Under the pieces are notes generated by a model. It made no database searches. It saw only the letters and a list, made by a program, of their open reading frames with translations, and was not told the DNA's origin. DNA of 64,000 nucleotides from Vicinamibacteria bacterium. Its GTDB lineage: Bacteria > Acidobacteriota > Vicinamibacteria > Marinacidobacterales > SMYC01. Positions within the stretch are counted from its first letter, which is position 1. Each line of letters opens with the position of its first letter. A program made the translations under genes and the position numbers. The stretch covers positions 21,671 through 85,670 of the forward strand of contig DATIBD010000019.1 in the NCBI GenBank assembly GCA_035457705.1, in the 5' to 3' direction. Below, in pieces: positions 8,610 through 17,427 of this stretch.

Positions 8610-9842
8610 ATGCTGTCCCACCGCATGTCCCCGAACTCGGATCGCATCCGCACGAGGAAGCGTCCGTCCACGGCCGTCACCCGCACGAAGCCTCCCGAGT
8701 TTCGGGTGCAGCGTTTCGTGCCCTACTTGAGACCCAGGCAGATAATCCATAGCCCGGAAACCGAGCTGCGCTACCGAATCGAACGTCTGCTGGGCGAAGG
8801 AGGTTTCGGCCAGGTTTATCTCTCCCGGCGGCTGGGAATCTCTTCCACTGTTCCCGAGGCGGTCTGCATCAAGATCAGCGCTCGCATTGACGGCTGGCTT
8901 CGCGAGGGCTACTTCGGGCAGCTTCTAGACACGCATCCGCGGGCGATTCGCGTTTTCGACGTCTTCCCGCTCGTCGTCCCTGAGAGCCGGACGAGCGATG
9001 TGCTCTACTGCCTCGCACTCGAATACGCGCCCTACGGTGACCTCAGCACGTTCTTGCGCCGCACGGGCAAAGGGTGGCCGGAAACGATGGCTCGCCGCGA
9101 GATTGCGGGTGTTCTCGAGGTTCTGACGAAGCTCCACCGGGGCCAGCTGCTTCATCGCGATCTCACGCCCCTCAACGTTTTCGTTTGCGAGGGGCGTCGG
9201 TTGAAGCTCGGGGACTTCGGCATCGTTCGCCAGCAGAGCGATCACCGGGGAATCACCGCGCGTACCCTCAATGTGCTCACCGCGCCGAGCGACATTCTCG
9301 CCGGTGAGGCGCCGAAATGGCAGGCGCGCGACGACGTCTACCAGGTCGGGCAGCTTCTGGCGATGCTGGTGAAGGGTGACGCCCAGAAGCGGGTTCGCAC
9401 TCCCGACGTCCGACATCTACCGTGCAGCGATCACCTGAAAGAGATCATCTATCGCTGCATTGGTGAGCGCCGGAAGCGGTACGACAGCGCCGACGAAATG
9501 ATAGAGGCCTTGAGAAATCCACCGGCGGCGCTCAAGCCGGGGGCGCTGCGCTCGCTCGAGGGCGTGCACCTGGCGTTCACCGGCATCTTGAGCAAGCCGC
9601 GGAAAGAGGCGATCCGGGCCGCGCGACGGGCCGGAGCCATCGTCCACGGGATGCCCTCCGCGCGAACGAGCGTCATCGTCCGCGGCCGGCCGAATCCGCT
9701 GCAGGCCGCGGGCCGGGATGCGGGCCTGAAGCTGATGGAGATCAAGCGGCTGCGTGAAAAGGGACACCGGATCACCGTGCTCGGCGAGAAACAGTTTTGG
9801 CGTCTCGCGGGCCGGCGGCGGGCCCCGCGGCGCGCCAAGTAA
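8610..9842 (+). CDS. Ser/Thr protein kinase with C-terminal BRCT domain
   Basis: Kinase core: GEGGFGQVY, VCIKI (Lys), HRDLTPLNVF, KLGDFG. The C-terminal ~90 aa look like a LigA-type BRCT: LEGVHLAFTGILSKPRKEAIRAARRAGAIVHGMPSARTSVIVRG...VLGEKQFWRL. The exact start is uncertain. Confidence 0.78.
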   Translation: MLSHRMSPNSDRIRTRKRPSTAVTRTKPPEFRVQRFVPYLRPRQIIHSPETELRYRIERLLGEGGFGQVYLSRRLGISSTVPEAVCIKISARIDGWLREGYFGQLLDTHPRAIRVFDVFPLVVPESRTSDVLYCLALEYAPYGDLSTFLRRTGKGWPETMARREIAGVLEVLTKLHRGQLLHRDLTPLNVFVCEGRRLKLGDFGIVRQQSDHRGITARTLNVLTAPSDILAGEAPKWQARDDVYQVGQLLAMLVKGDAQKRVRTPDVRHLPCSDHLKEIIYRCIGERRKRYDSADEMIEALRNPPAALKPGALRSLEGVHLAFTGILSKPRKEAIRAARRAGAIVHGMPSARTSVIVRGRPNPLQAAGRDAGLKLMEIKRLREKGHRITVLGEKQFWRLAGRRRAPRRAK

Positions 9843-9882
9843 GACCCAGCTTGGGTGTGATACGTTCGCGAAGGAGGTCCTC

Positions 9883-11790
9883 ATGAAGTGGATGGGGCTC
9901 GCGATCTCGCTGCTCGCGTTGAGCTGTGCCGGCCGGGAAGAACCTGTCGTCATTCCCGTGTACGACGCGGCGACGTTTTTCGACACGATCACCTTCGGAG
10001 GCCCGCTCTCGTTCTCGGCCGACGAAAGCCGTATTCTGGTGACCTCGGACGAAAGCGGCGTATTCAACGTGCGGGCTCTCCCCGTTTCCGGCACGGGAGC
10101 GCCCGAGGTCCTGACCGCTTCCGGCGACAACGCGCAGTTCGCGGTGAGCTACTTTCCTGGAGACGACCGGCTGCTGTTCACCGCCGACCAGGGAGGCAAC
10201 GAGCTCAACCACCTCTTCGTCCGGGAAACGGACGGCTCTACTTTGGACCTCACCCCGGGGGAGAATCTGAAGGCGATGTTCTTCGGCTGGAGTGAGAACG
10301 GCGACTCTTTTTGGGTCCTCACCAACGAGCGCGACCCCAAGCACTTCGACGTCTATCGCTTCGAGGCACAGGGCTACCAGCGAGAACTGATTTTTCAGAA
10401 CGACTCCGGCTGGTCTCCGGGAAGCATCAGCCGGAACGGCCGCTTCGTCAGTTTACTGAAGTCGATCACCAACGCCGACAACGATATCTATCTTCTCGAT
10501 CTTCAGGGGGACGACGAGCCCCGTCTCATCACCGGGCATGAAGGTGACGTCGAGCACGCGCCGATGGGCTTCACGCCCGATCACCGGGAGCTCTACTACC
10601 TGACGAACGGCCACGGCGAGTTTAGCCAGGCCTGGGCTTACGACATCGAAACGGGCTCGCACCGGCTCGTGCGCAAGGCGGACTGGGACGTCATCTACGT
10701 CGCGCTATCTGAGACGGCCAAGTATCGGGTCTCCGCGACCAACGAAGACGCGCGGACGGTTCTCCAGATCGTGGATACGAGCACATCAGCACCAATCGAG
10801 CTTCCGGAGCTTCCGGAAGGGGACATCACCGGGGTCGTCATCTCCCGCAGCGAGCAGCGAATCGCATTCTACGTGAACAGCGACACGTCACCGAGCAACG
10901 TGCACGTGCTCGATCTGGTCACGGGGGAGCACCGCAAGCTCACCGAGGCCTTGAATCCGTCGGTTCATCGGGAGCACCTCGTCGACGGCGGCGTCATCCG
11001 CTACGAAAGCTACGACGGCCTGGAGATTCCCGCGGTCTTGTACCGGCCCCACCAAGCCTCGAGCGCGAACCGAGCTCCCGCCCTCGTGTGGGTTCACGGA
11101 GGCCCCGGCGGGCAGAGCCGCAAGGGCTACAACGCTGCGATCCAGCACCTCGCTAATCACGGATACGCCATTCTCGCGGTGAACAACCGAGGCTCGTCGG
11201 GCTACGGAAAGACGTTCCATCACCTGGACGACGAGAAGCACGGTGACGTCGATCTGAAGGACTGCGTCTTGGCACGCCGCTATCTGGAGTCTCTCGATTG
11301 GGTGGATGGATCGCACATTGGGATCATCGGGGGAAGCTATGGCGGATACATGGTGGCGGCGGCCCTCGCGTTCGAGCCGGAGACGTTCGACGTCGGCATC
11401 GACATCTTTGGTGTCACCAACTGGGTGCGGACGCTCGAGAGCATTCCCCCATGGTGGACCGCTCAGCGAGATGCCCTGTATGCGGAGCTGGGCGACCCCG
11501 CGACGGACGAGGAACGTCTTCGCGCCATCTCACCTCTGTTCCATGCCTCCAACATCGTGAAGCCTCTCCTCGTGGTGCAGGGCGCGAACGACCCGCGAGT
11601 GCTGCAGGTGGAAAGCGACGAGCTCGTGGCCGAGGCCGAGGCGAACGGGGTGCCGGTCGAGTACATCGTCTTTCCCGATGAAGGACACGGCTTTCGAAAC
11701 CGGGCCAATCGCATCACCGCCTCGGAGCGCTACGTGGCTTTTCTGGATCGGCACCTGAGAGGTGAGGGTTCGTCCGGACCCACGGAGTGA
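9883..11790 (+). CDS. S9 family serine peptidase (prolyl oligopeptidase / dipeptidyl aminopeptidase type) with N-terminal beta-propeller
   Basis: AAGGAGG precedes ATG 9883, so the longer ORF from 9754 is rejected. Lipoprotein-type signal LLALSCAG. Nucleophile elbow GGSYGGYM, with VQGANDPRV and FPDEGHGF as the Asp/His contexts. Confidence 0.88.
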   Translation: MKWMGLAISLLALSCAGREEPVVIPVYDAATFFDTITFGGPLSFSADESRILVTSDESGVFNVRALPVSGTGAPEVLTASGDNAQFAVSYFPGDDRLLFTADQGGNELNHLFVRETDGSTLDLTPGENLKAMFFGWSENGDSFWVLTNERDPKHFDVYRFEAQGYQRELIFQNDSGWSPGSISRNGRFVSLLKSITNADNDIYLLDLQGDDEPRLITGHEGDVEHAPMGFTPDHRELYYLTNGHGEFSQAWAYDIETGSHRLVRKADWDVIYVALSETAKYRVSATNEDARTVLQIVDTSTSAPIELPELPEGDITGVVISRSEQRIAFYVNSDTSPSNVHVLDLVTGEHRKLTEALNPSVHREHLVDGGVIRYESYDGLEIPAVLYRPHQASSANRAPALVWVHGGPGGQSRKGYNAAIQHLANHGYAILAVNNRGSSGYGKTFHHLDDEKHGDVDLKDCVLARRYLESLDWVDGSHIGIIGGSYGGYMVAAALAFEPETFDVGIDIFGVTNWVRTLESIPPWWTAQRDALYAELGDPATDEERLRAISPLFHASNIVKPLLVVQGANDPRVLQVESDELVAEAEANGVPVEYIVFPDEGHGFRNRANRITASERYVAFLDRHLRGEGSSGPTE

Positions 11791-11847
11791 CTCTCGGCCG
11801 ACGACACCGTCGGCTCCAAACGTCAGCTCGAGGCAGACGTATTTGCC

Positions 11848-12198
11848 TTACAAACCGAGGACTCTTTTCACACCCAGCCCGACGTCGGCGAGATCGCCGG
11901 ATGACAGGTGGCCAATCTTCCTCTTCAGTCGCGACTTGTGGACTGGGCCGACGGACTCGCATTTGGCGAAGGTCATCTCCTTGAGCCCGGTCCTGGCAGG
12001 TTCCCCGGAGAGTCTTACGCGGAGCGGTGCCTCTTTCGTCGTGAGCGGCACGAGCAGCACGTCGGGACGAAGGTCGTTGATCGCGTTGATACTGAGCACC
12101 AAAGCAGGGCGCGGCTTGGGGAACCCGATCGGCTCCACGAGCCAAATATCTCCTCGGCTTATTCGCTCCACATCGCCTCGTCGAACGTTCGCTCCCAT
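11848..12198 (-). CDS. PemK/MazF-family type II toxin (endoribonuclease fold)
   Basis: The pattern RGDIWLV...KPRPALVLS...LLVPLTT is typical of MazF/PemK. It is the second gene of a two-gene cassette. Confidence 0.78.
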   Translation of the reverse strand: MGANVRRGDVERISRGDIWLVEPIGFPKPRPALVLSINAINDLRPDVLLVPLTTKEAPLRVRLSGEPARTGLKEMTFAKCESVGPVHKSRLKRKIGHLSSGDLADVGLGVKRVLGL

Positions 12199-12389
12199 GA
12201 ATCCTGCTCCCGCCGCTCGTCATCGTCCTCTCGGTATCCCTCGAGTTGTTCCCGAAGGCGCTTGTCGTCAAACATCCGTTTGAACCGCGTGAGGACGCGT
12301 TCGAGCTTCTCGGACCTCGTTCTTCCCGGAAGCGAATCAAGAAAGTCCAGGAGCGGCGCCTCGACCGTTGCCGAGATTTTGCCTTTCAT
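12159..12389 (-). CDS. putative ribbon-helix-helix antitoxin of the MazF-like toxin
   Basis: ATG 12389 is preceded by GGAGGACAAGGAG. The N-terminal KISATVEAPLLDFLDSL fits a beta-strand plus helix of the RHH fold, and the tail is acidic. It overlaps the toxin ORF by up to 40 nt. The longest ORF (to 12506) is not used. Confidence 0.6.
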   Translation of the reverse strand: MKGKISATVEAPLLDFLDSLPGRTRSEKLERVLTRFKRMFDDKRLREQLEGYREDDDERREQDSWERTFDEAMWSE

Positions 12390-12647
12390 ACTCCTTGTCC
12401 TCCATAGCGTCCTACATAGGATAATATATCGCCCTTCCCGTCTAGCGAACACACAGTAAGGAAAAAGGGCGCCATCGGTCGTGTCGTCCACTCCTTTGTC
12501 CTTCAACGCGAAGACTTTTCGCGCTATATTCCGGGTGAGGGGCGCCGCAACCGAGTCGGCCGCGCCTACGCTCGCTAATCTCTCACCTGGGCTGCATCAA
12601 GATGAACCGGGTGCCCCCCCCCGAGCCACGAGCCGGAGGGTGGCTTC

Positions 12648-15116
12648 ATGGAAAGCGGCGGGTCGAGCCAGAGACCATCGAGACTCGGTCATTTCGAGAT
12701 CAGCGAAGTCTTGGGCGTTGGCGGAATGGGAGTGGTTTTCCGCGCCCAGGACCTCAGGCTTGGGCGTCAGGTCGCACTGAAAGTTCTCTCCCGCCGGCTC
12801 TTCGCGAACGAGGGCGCGCGGAGCCTCTTCTTTCGAGAAGCGAGGCTCGCCGCGTCGCTGACGCATCCGAACGTCGCGGCGATTTACGAGGTCGACGAAG
12901 AGTCCGGGACCCCATTCATCGCCATGGAGCTCGTTCCCGGGGTCACGCTCAAGGAGTCGTTGCTAGAAGGTCCCCTTCCCGTCGACAGGGTCTTGTCCAT
13001 CGGTTGCCAAGTCTGTGAAGGTCTCGCTGCGGCACACGAGCTCGGCGTCGTTCACCGGGACGTGAAATCTGCCAACATCATGCTGACGCCCGAGGGCCGC
13101 GCCAAGATCCTCGACTTCGGGCTAGCCAAAGCTTCGATGACGTCTCGAGTCTTGCCAGCGTCCGAAGAATCATCACCGCCGATCGAGTTGACGCCAGTGA
13201 AGCCGTTGATGCAGGCAACTTCCGTTCCTCGCCGCGAATGGACCGACACGGGGCTTCTGTTCGGCACGCCGAGCTACATGTCTCCCGAACAGGCACGTGG
13301 AGAAGCCGTGGACGCTCGAAGCGATCTGTTCTCGCTCGGCGTCGCGCTCTACGAGGCCTCAACGGGCGAGCTCCCTTTCCAGGGCCGCAATGATCGAGAA
13401 GTGATCGAGGCGGTGCAGTTGAAAGAGCCGATCCCTCTTTGCGAGAGCCGGGCTCATCTTCCCCCGGACTTCTCACGGGCCGTGGAGAGATGCTTGGCCA
13501 AGGATCCGGGGAAACGCTATGCGAGCGCCGTCCAGCTGAGGGACGAGCTGGCGCGACTGCAAAAGAAGAGAGCTCTACGTCCCTGGCTGCGATGGGGGCG
13601 ACTCGGGGAACGCTTCCGCCTGGCGGCCGCAGCGGTCGCTGTGATCGCCCTCGCCGCAGCCTACCTCACGGGAACGAAGCTCACCGACCTGGCGGGACGG
13701 GCAGAAGACCCGAGGAATGCTCCCATGGCGCGAGTGGAGCGAATCGCTGTGCTCCCCTTCGAGAGTATCTCCGGGGACGAGGACGAAAGCTACCTTGCGA
13801 ACGCCGTTCCCATCGAGCTCACCGCGCGTCTCGGCCAGCTCGGCGCTCTCAAGGTCGTTCCCTGGAGCTTCATGAAAGGCCTGCCGCAGGGCTCGATGAA
13901 GCTCAGTGACATCGCGAAAGCCACCGGCGCGGATGCCGTCGTGGAAGGAGCGGTCCAGTTCTCGCCTCCTTCGAACCCGTCAGCCCGGCGGCTTCAGGTC
14001 CACGCCCAGATGTTCGACGCGCGCACCGGCGCCGTGCTCTGGTCTCGCAGCTTCGAGCGCGGATTGGGTGACTTCTTCGAGCTTCAGAGTGAGCTGGCGA
14101 GGCACATCGCCGCCCAGATTCGTATCGGGCTCGAGCGTCGAGAACAACGCCTGCTGGCCATGTCGCGTCAAGTGGCACCGGAAGCCATGGAGCTTTACTT
14201 GAGAGGTCGAGAGGCTTCTGGATTTCGGACCGAGGAGTCGTTGACGGAAGCGGCTCGTTTCTTTCGCTCGGCGATCGATGCCGACCCCAGCTTCGCCGAA
14301 GCCTACGTGGGCCTCGCTCAGGCGGACGTACTGCGATGCACGTACTTTGGTTCCGTGCCGAGCAACGAAGCTTATCGGCATGCGCTCGACGCGACCTCAA
14401 CGGCTCTCGATCTCGACCCCGACCTCGCCGAAGCGTGGACGTCGAGAGCCTTTGCACGCTACGCGTTCGCCCTCGAGTGGGACGAAGCCGAGCGGGATTT
14501 TCGTCGGGCCCTCGAGCTCGCACCGAGCTCCGCCGAAGCGCATCATTGGTACGCGGACTATCTCACCGCCGTTGGCCGCCACGAGGAGGCCATCGATCAC
14601 GCCCGGCTGGCCGAGGAGAGGTCTCCGCTCACGCCCATCATGAGCCGCGACGTCGCCTGGGCCTACTTCTACGCGAGACGCTACGAAGACGCGATCCGAC
14701 AGCTGGGGATGACGCTCGCGCAGGATCCGGATTTCACTCCGGCGCGCACTCTTCTGGGGCGTGCCTACGTGGCCGTGGGACGTTCCGACGAAGGAATCGA
14801 GGAGCTGCGAGCCGCGGGAGAGCCCTATCTCGCCATGCTCGCGCAAGCGCAGGCCCTCACCGGACGTCGTGAAGAGGCCCAACAGCTGCTGAGCGAGATC
14901 CTGGCTCGGCCGACTCTCTCGCCCGTTCTACCGTATGAAGTGGCCGCTGTCTACGTGGCACTCGGCGAGCGCGACGAAGCCATTGCCTGGCTCCGCCGCG
15001 CCATCGAGGCACGGGACGCAACCATTACCAATCTCAAAACCGATCCGACGTTGGATGGCCTTCGGGAAGATCCTAGATATGCGGGGCTTCTCCAGGAGCT
15101 CAGGTTTCCGGAGTAG
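12648..15116 (+). CDS. membrane Ser/Thr protein kinase with extracytoplasmic region and C-terminal TPR repeats
   Basis: GVGGMGVVF, ALKVL, HRDVKSANIM, DFGLAK, SPEQ. TM segment AAAAVAVIALAAAYL. The C-terminal ~350 aa are TPR-like. Confidence 0.88.
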   Translation: MESGGSSQRPSRLGHFEISEVLGVGGMGVVFRAQDLRLGRQVALKVLSRRLFANEGARSLFFREARLAASLTHPNVAAIYEVDEESGTPFIAMELVPGVTLKESLLEGPLPVDRVLSIGCQVCEGLAAAHELGVVHRDVKSANIMLTPEGRAKILDFGLAKASMTSRVLPASEESSPPIELTPVKPLMQATSVPRREWTDTGLLFGTPSYMSPEQARGEAVDARSDLFSLGVALYEASTGELPFQGRNDREVIEAVQLKEPIPLCESRAHLPPDFSRAVERCLAKDPGKRYASAVQLRDELARLQKKRALRPWLRWGRLGERFRLAAAAVAVIALAAAYLTGTKLTDLAGRAEDPRNAPMARVERIAVLPFESISGDEDESYLANAVPIELTARLGQLGALKVVPWSFMKGLPQGSMKLSDIAKATGADAVVEGAVQFSPPSNPSARRLQVHAQMFDARTGAVLWSRSFERGLGDFFELQSELARHIAAQIRIGLERREQRLLAMSRQVAPEAMELYLRGREASGFRTEESLTEAARFFRSAIDADPSFAEAYVGLAQADVLRCTYFGSVPSNEAYRHALDATSTALDLDPDLAEAWTSRAFARYAFALEWDEAERDFRRALELAPSSAEAHHWYADYLTAVGRHEEAIDHARLAEERSPLTPIMSRDVAWAYFYARRYEDAIRQLGMTLAQDPDFTPARTLLGRAYVAVGRSDEGIEELRAAGEPYLAMLAQAQALTGRREEAQQLLSEILARPTLSPVLPYEVAAVYVALGERDEAIAWLRRAIEARDATITNLKTDPTLDGLREDPRYAGLLQELRFPE

Positions 15117-15145
15117 GGGTCCGGTTCGTCGAGGAGAGGAGGACG

Positions 15146-16042
15146 ATGATGAGCCACGAGGTAACGACGAGAGAAAGAGCCGCGCTGACTCGGCTCGCTC
15201 AGCCGCCGCCGTCCAACGCGCCGCCCGAGGAGCACCTTCGTTACGCTGAGGCGCTGGTTCTTCTCCGATCCCACTTCGGCGATTCGCCCGGTGTCGCACA
15301 GATCGTGATCGACGTGACCACGCGCCTCATCGGAGGACCGGCTCCGCCGCCAATACAAGCCTCGGCGCAGGTGACGCGAGGGTTTGCCCGATACGTGTTG
15401 CAGTACGATTGGCATGGAGCGAAGCAAGACTTCGACGCCGCAGCAGGATCCAGCGGTAACTCGCTGCTTCACTTGTGGCGCGCCGATTTTCTCACGGCCC
15501 TCGGTCGCCACGACGAGGCGATCGCGGAGATCGGCCAAGCGACTTCGGGCGCACCGATCGTGGAAAGGGACAGAGCGAGGACCCATTACTTTGCGCGTAA
15601 CTACGACCTGGCCATCGAATTTCTCACCCGTCTTCTCCAAAGAGACCCGGATTTCGCTCCGGCACGCGCCCTTCTTGGGCGAGCGTACGTCCAAAGGGGC
15701 GAGCCCCATAGAGGAGTCGCCGAACTGCTGCGGGCGGGAGGAGGCTACGAAGCGATTCTGGCCTGGGCTTACGCGCGCGCCGGTCTGAGAGATGATGCCG
15801 AGCGGGTTCTCGGAAGCCTGGTCACCAACCCGGCCAGCAAGGGCGTTCTCCCTTATGAGATCGCCCTGGTATACGTGGCCCTGGGCAATTCGGATGAGGC
15901 TTTGACCTGGCTCCGGATTGCCTACGAGGATCGTGACCCTTCGATGACCGATCTGGCAACCGATCCCGCGCTCGATGATCTGCGAAGCGACCATCGATAT
16001 CGTGCTCTCGTGAGAGACGTTGGCTTCCCGCTTGTTTTTTGA
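15146..16042 (+). CDS. TPR-repeat protein, paralogous to the C-terminus of the upstream kinase
   Basis: DPDFAPARALLGRAYV matches kinase DPDFTPARTLLGRAYV. VLPYEIALVYVALGNSDEAL matches VLPYEVAAVYVALGERDEAI. TDPALDDLRSDHRY matches TDPTLDGLREDPRY. Confidence 0.75.
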   Translation: MMSHEVTTRERAALTRLAQPPPSNAPPEEHLRYAEALVLLRSHFGDSPGVAQIVIDVTTRLIGGPAPPPIQASAQVTRGFARYVLQYDWHGAKQDFDAAAGSSGNSLLHLWRADFLTALGRHDEAIAEIGQATSGAPIVERDRARTHYFARNYDLAIEFLTRLLQRDPDFAPARALLGRAYVQRGEPHRGVAELLRAGGGYEAILAWAYARAGLRDDAERVLGSLVTNPASKGVLPYEIALVYVALGNSDEALTWLRIAYEDRDPSMTDLATDPALDDLRSDHRYRALVRDVGFPLVF

Positions 16043-16055
16043 GGAGGTGTAATCC

Positions 16056-16229
16056 ATGACCGACGAGTCGAGACCAAAGAAAACCAGCAACGGGACCGAG
16101 AAAGTGTCGCGTCGACATCCGGAGCCCGTACGCGATGCCGTGGAGGCGCTTCGACTCGCGGTGGCCGACGCGTACAGGGGGCAAGCCCCCCCGCTTTGCA
16201 AAAAGATACGTCGCATCGAGAACGCTTAG
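16056..16229 (+). CDS. candidate small protein (57 aa), unknown function
   Basis: Below the ORF-track size cut-off. ATG 16056 has GAGGAGG 8 nt upstream. Translation: MTDESRPKKTSNGTEKVSRRHPEPVRDAVEALRLAVADAYRGQAPPLCKKIRRIENA. Third-position G+C is only moderately high and no homology is recognised. Confidence 0.3.
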   Translation: MTDESRPKKTSNGTEKVSRRHPEPVRDAVEALRLAVADAYRGQAPPLCKKIRRIENA

Positions 16230-16278
16230 AAGGCTCGAGGCGAGGCCCTCGAGGCCGGGGAGGCGCTCGACCCCGCCG

Positions 16279-17427
16279 ATGTCTCAGTCCAGGCTGCGCT
16301 ACCGGCGCTCGCCCCACATCGTAAGCTACTGGTCTTGCGAGGGGCTCGTTTTCCACAACTACGCCACGGGCGCGAGAGTCACTGCGACGCCCCTCGCCAC
16401 CAGGCTGCTCGACGCCTTCGACGAATGGCGTGAGCCCGAGACCCTCCTCGAGGCGATTCCAGAGTTCAGCCGCTCCTCGCTGCGAGAAGCCATCCGAAGG
16501 CTGGCCAGACGAACTCTCTTGCAGCGATCCGACCGACCTCCTCATGCTGCCGAGCGCATGATGGATCCGTGGGAGAGCTGGAATCCTGCGGCAGGCTTTT
16601 TCCACTTCACGACCAAGGATCTTCCCTACGATCGCGGCGAAGCCGAGGCCGATTCGATCCTGAGCCGAAAGCTCGCGCAAGGACGGCCACCGGCGCCAGT
16701 CAAAAGGTACGCCGGGGCACCGATGCTGAGCCTGGCGAAGCCGAGTGTGTCGGGAAGATTCGCGGACGTTCTCGTGGCAAGGAGGACGTGGCGCAGGTTT
16801 TCCCGCTCCGCTCTGCCGCTACCTGCCCTCAGCACTTTGCTCGGGCTCACCTTTGGAATCCAGCGCTGGGTCGATCTCGGCGAGCTCGGCCGCGCGCCCC
16901 TCAAGACCTCTCCGTCGGGCGGAGCCCGGCATCCGATCGAGGCCTACGTCGTCGCCCGGCGGGTCGAGGGTGTCGAAGCGGGTCTTTACTACTACGACCC
17001 GGACCGCCACGGGCTGGTGATTATGAGGCGCGGGGCCACGCGCAAAACGCTCGGCGCCTACCTCCCCGGGCAACCCTGGTTCCAGTCCGCCGCGGCACTC
17101 ATCATGATGACGGCGGTTTTCGGCAGGACGGGATGGCTATACCCGTACGCCCGGTCTTACCGCACCGTCCTTCTCGAAGCCGGCCACCTGTGTCAGACAC
17201 TTTGTTTGACGGCAACGGCGCTCGGTCTCGCCCCTTTTTGCACCGATGCGCTCGCCGACACGCGCATCGAGCGGGACCTCGGCCTCGATGGTGTCGAGGA
17301 ATCCGTTATCTACGCTGCGGGCGTCGGAGCCCGCCCCGCCGGCGTCGATTGGGCGCCCTGGCCCGATGAAAGCGAACTGCCTGGACGCTTTCCGCCGAAA
17401 AGCGAGGGGCGATCGCACACGAAGTGA
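16279..17427 (+). CDS. SagB/ThcOx-family (nitroreductase-fold, FMN) dehydrogenase with N-terminal RRE-like domain
   Basis: ATG 16279 (MSQSRLRY...) is chosen over the longer ORF. C-terminal nitroreductase-like motifs: RRTWRRF, TSPSGGARHPIE, LYYYDP, YRTVLLEAGHLCQ. The N-terminal ~110 aa (three strands, then ATRLLDAFDEWREPETLLEAI...LREAIRRLARRTLLQ) resemble a PqqD-like peptide-recognition element. Confidence 0.78.
   Translation: MSQSRLRYRRSPHIVSYWSCEGLVFHNYATGARVTATPLATRLLDAFDEWREPETLLEAIPEFSRSSLREAIRRLARRTLLQRSDRPPHAAERMMDPWESWNPAAGFFHFTTKDLPYDRGEAEADSILSRKLAQGRPPAPVKRYAGAPMLSLAKPSVSGRFADVLVARRTWRRFSRSALPLPALSTLLGLTFGIQRWVDLGELGRAPLKTSPSGGARHPIEAYVVARRVEGVEAGLYYYDPDRHGLVIMRRGATRKTLGAYLPGQPWFQSAAALIMMTAVFGRTGWLYPYARSYRTVLLEAGHLCQTLCLTATALGLAPFCTDALADTRIERDLGLDGVEESVIYAAGVGARPAGVDWAPWPDESELPGRFPPKSEGRSHTK

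Noticed and set aside
14951-16216. 421-aa minus-strand ORF across the kinase 3' end, the TPR gene and the small ORF
   Set aside because: It spans two well-supported plus-strand genes and an intergenic gap, and has no motifs.
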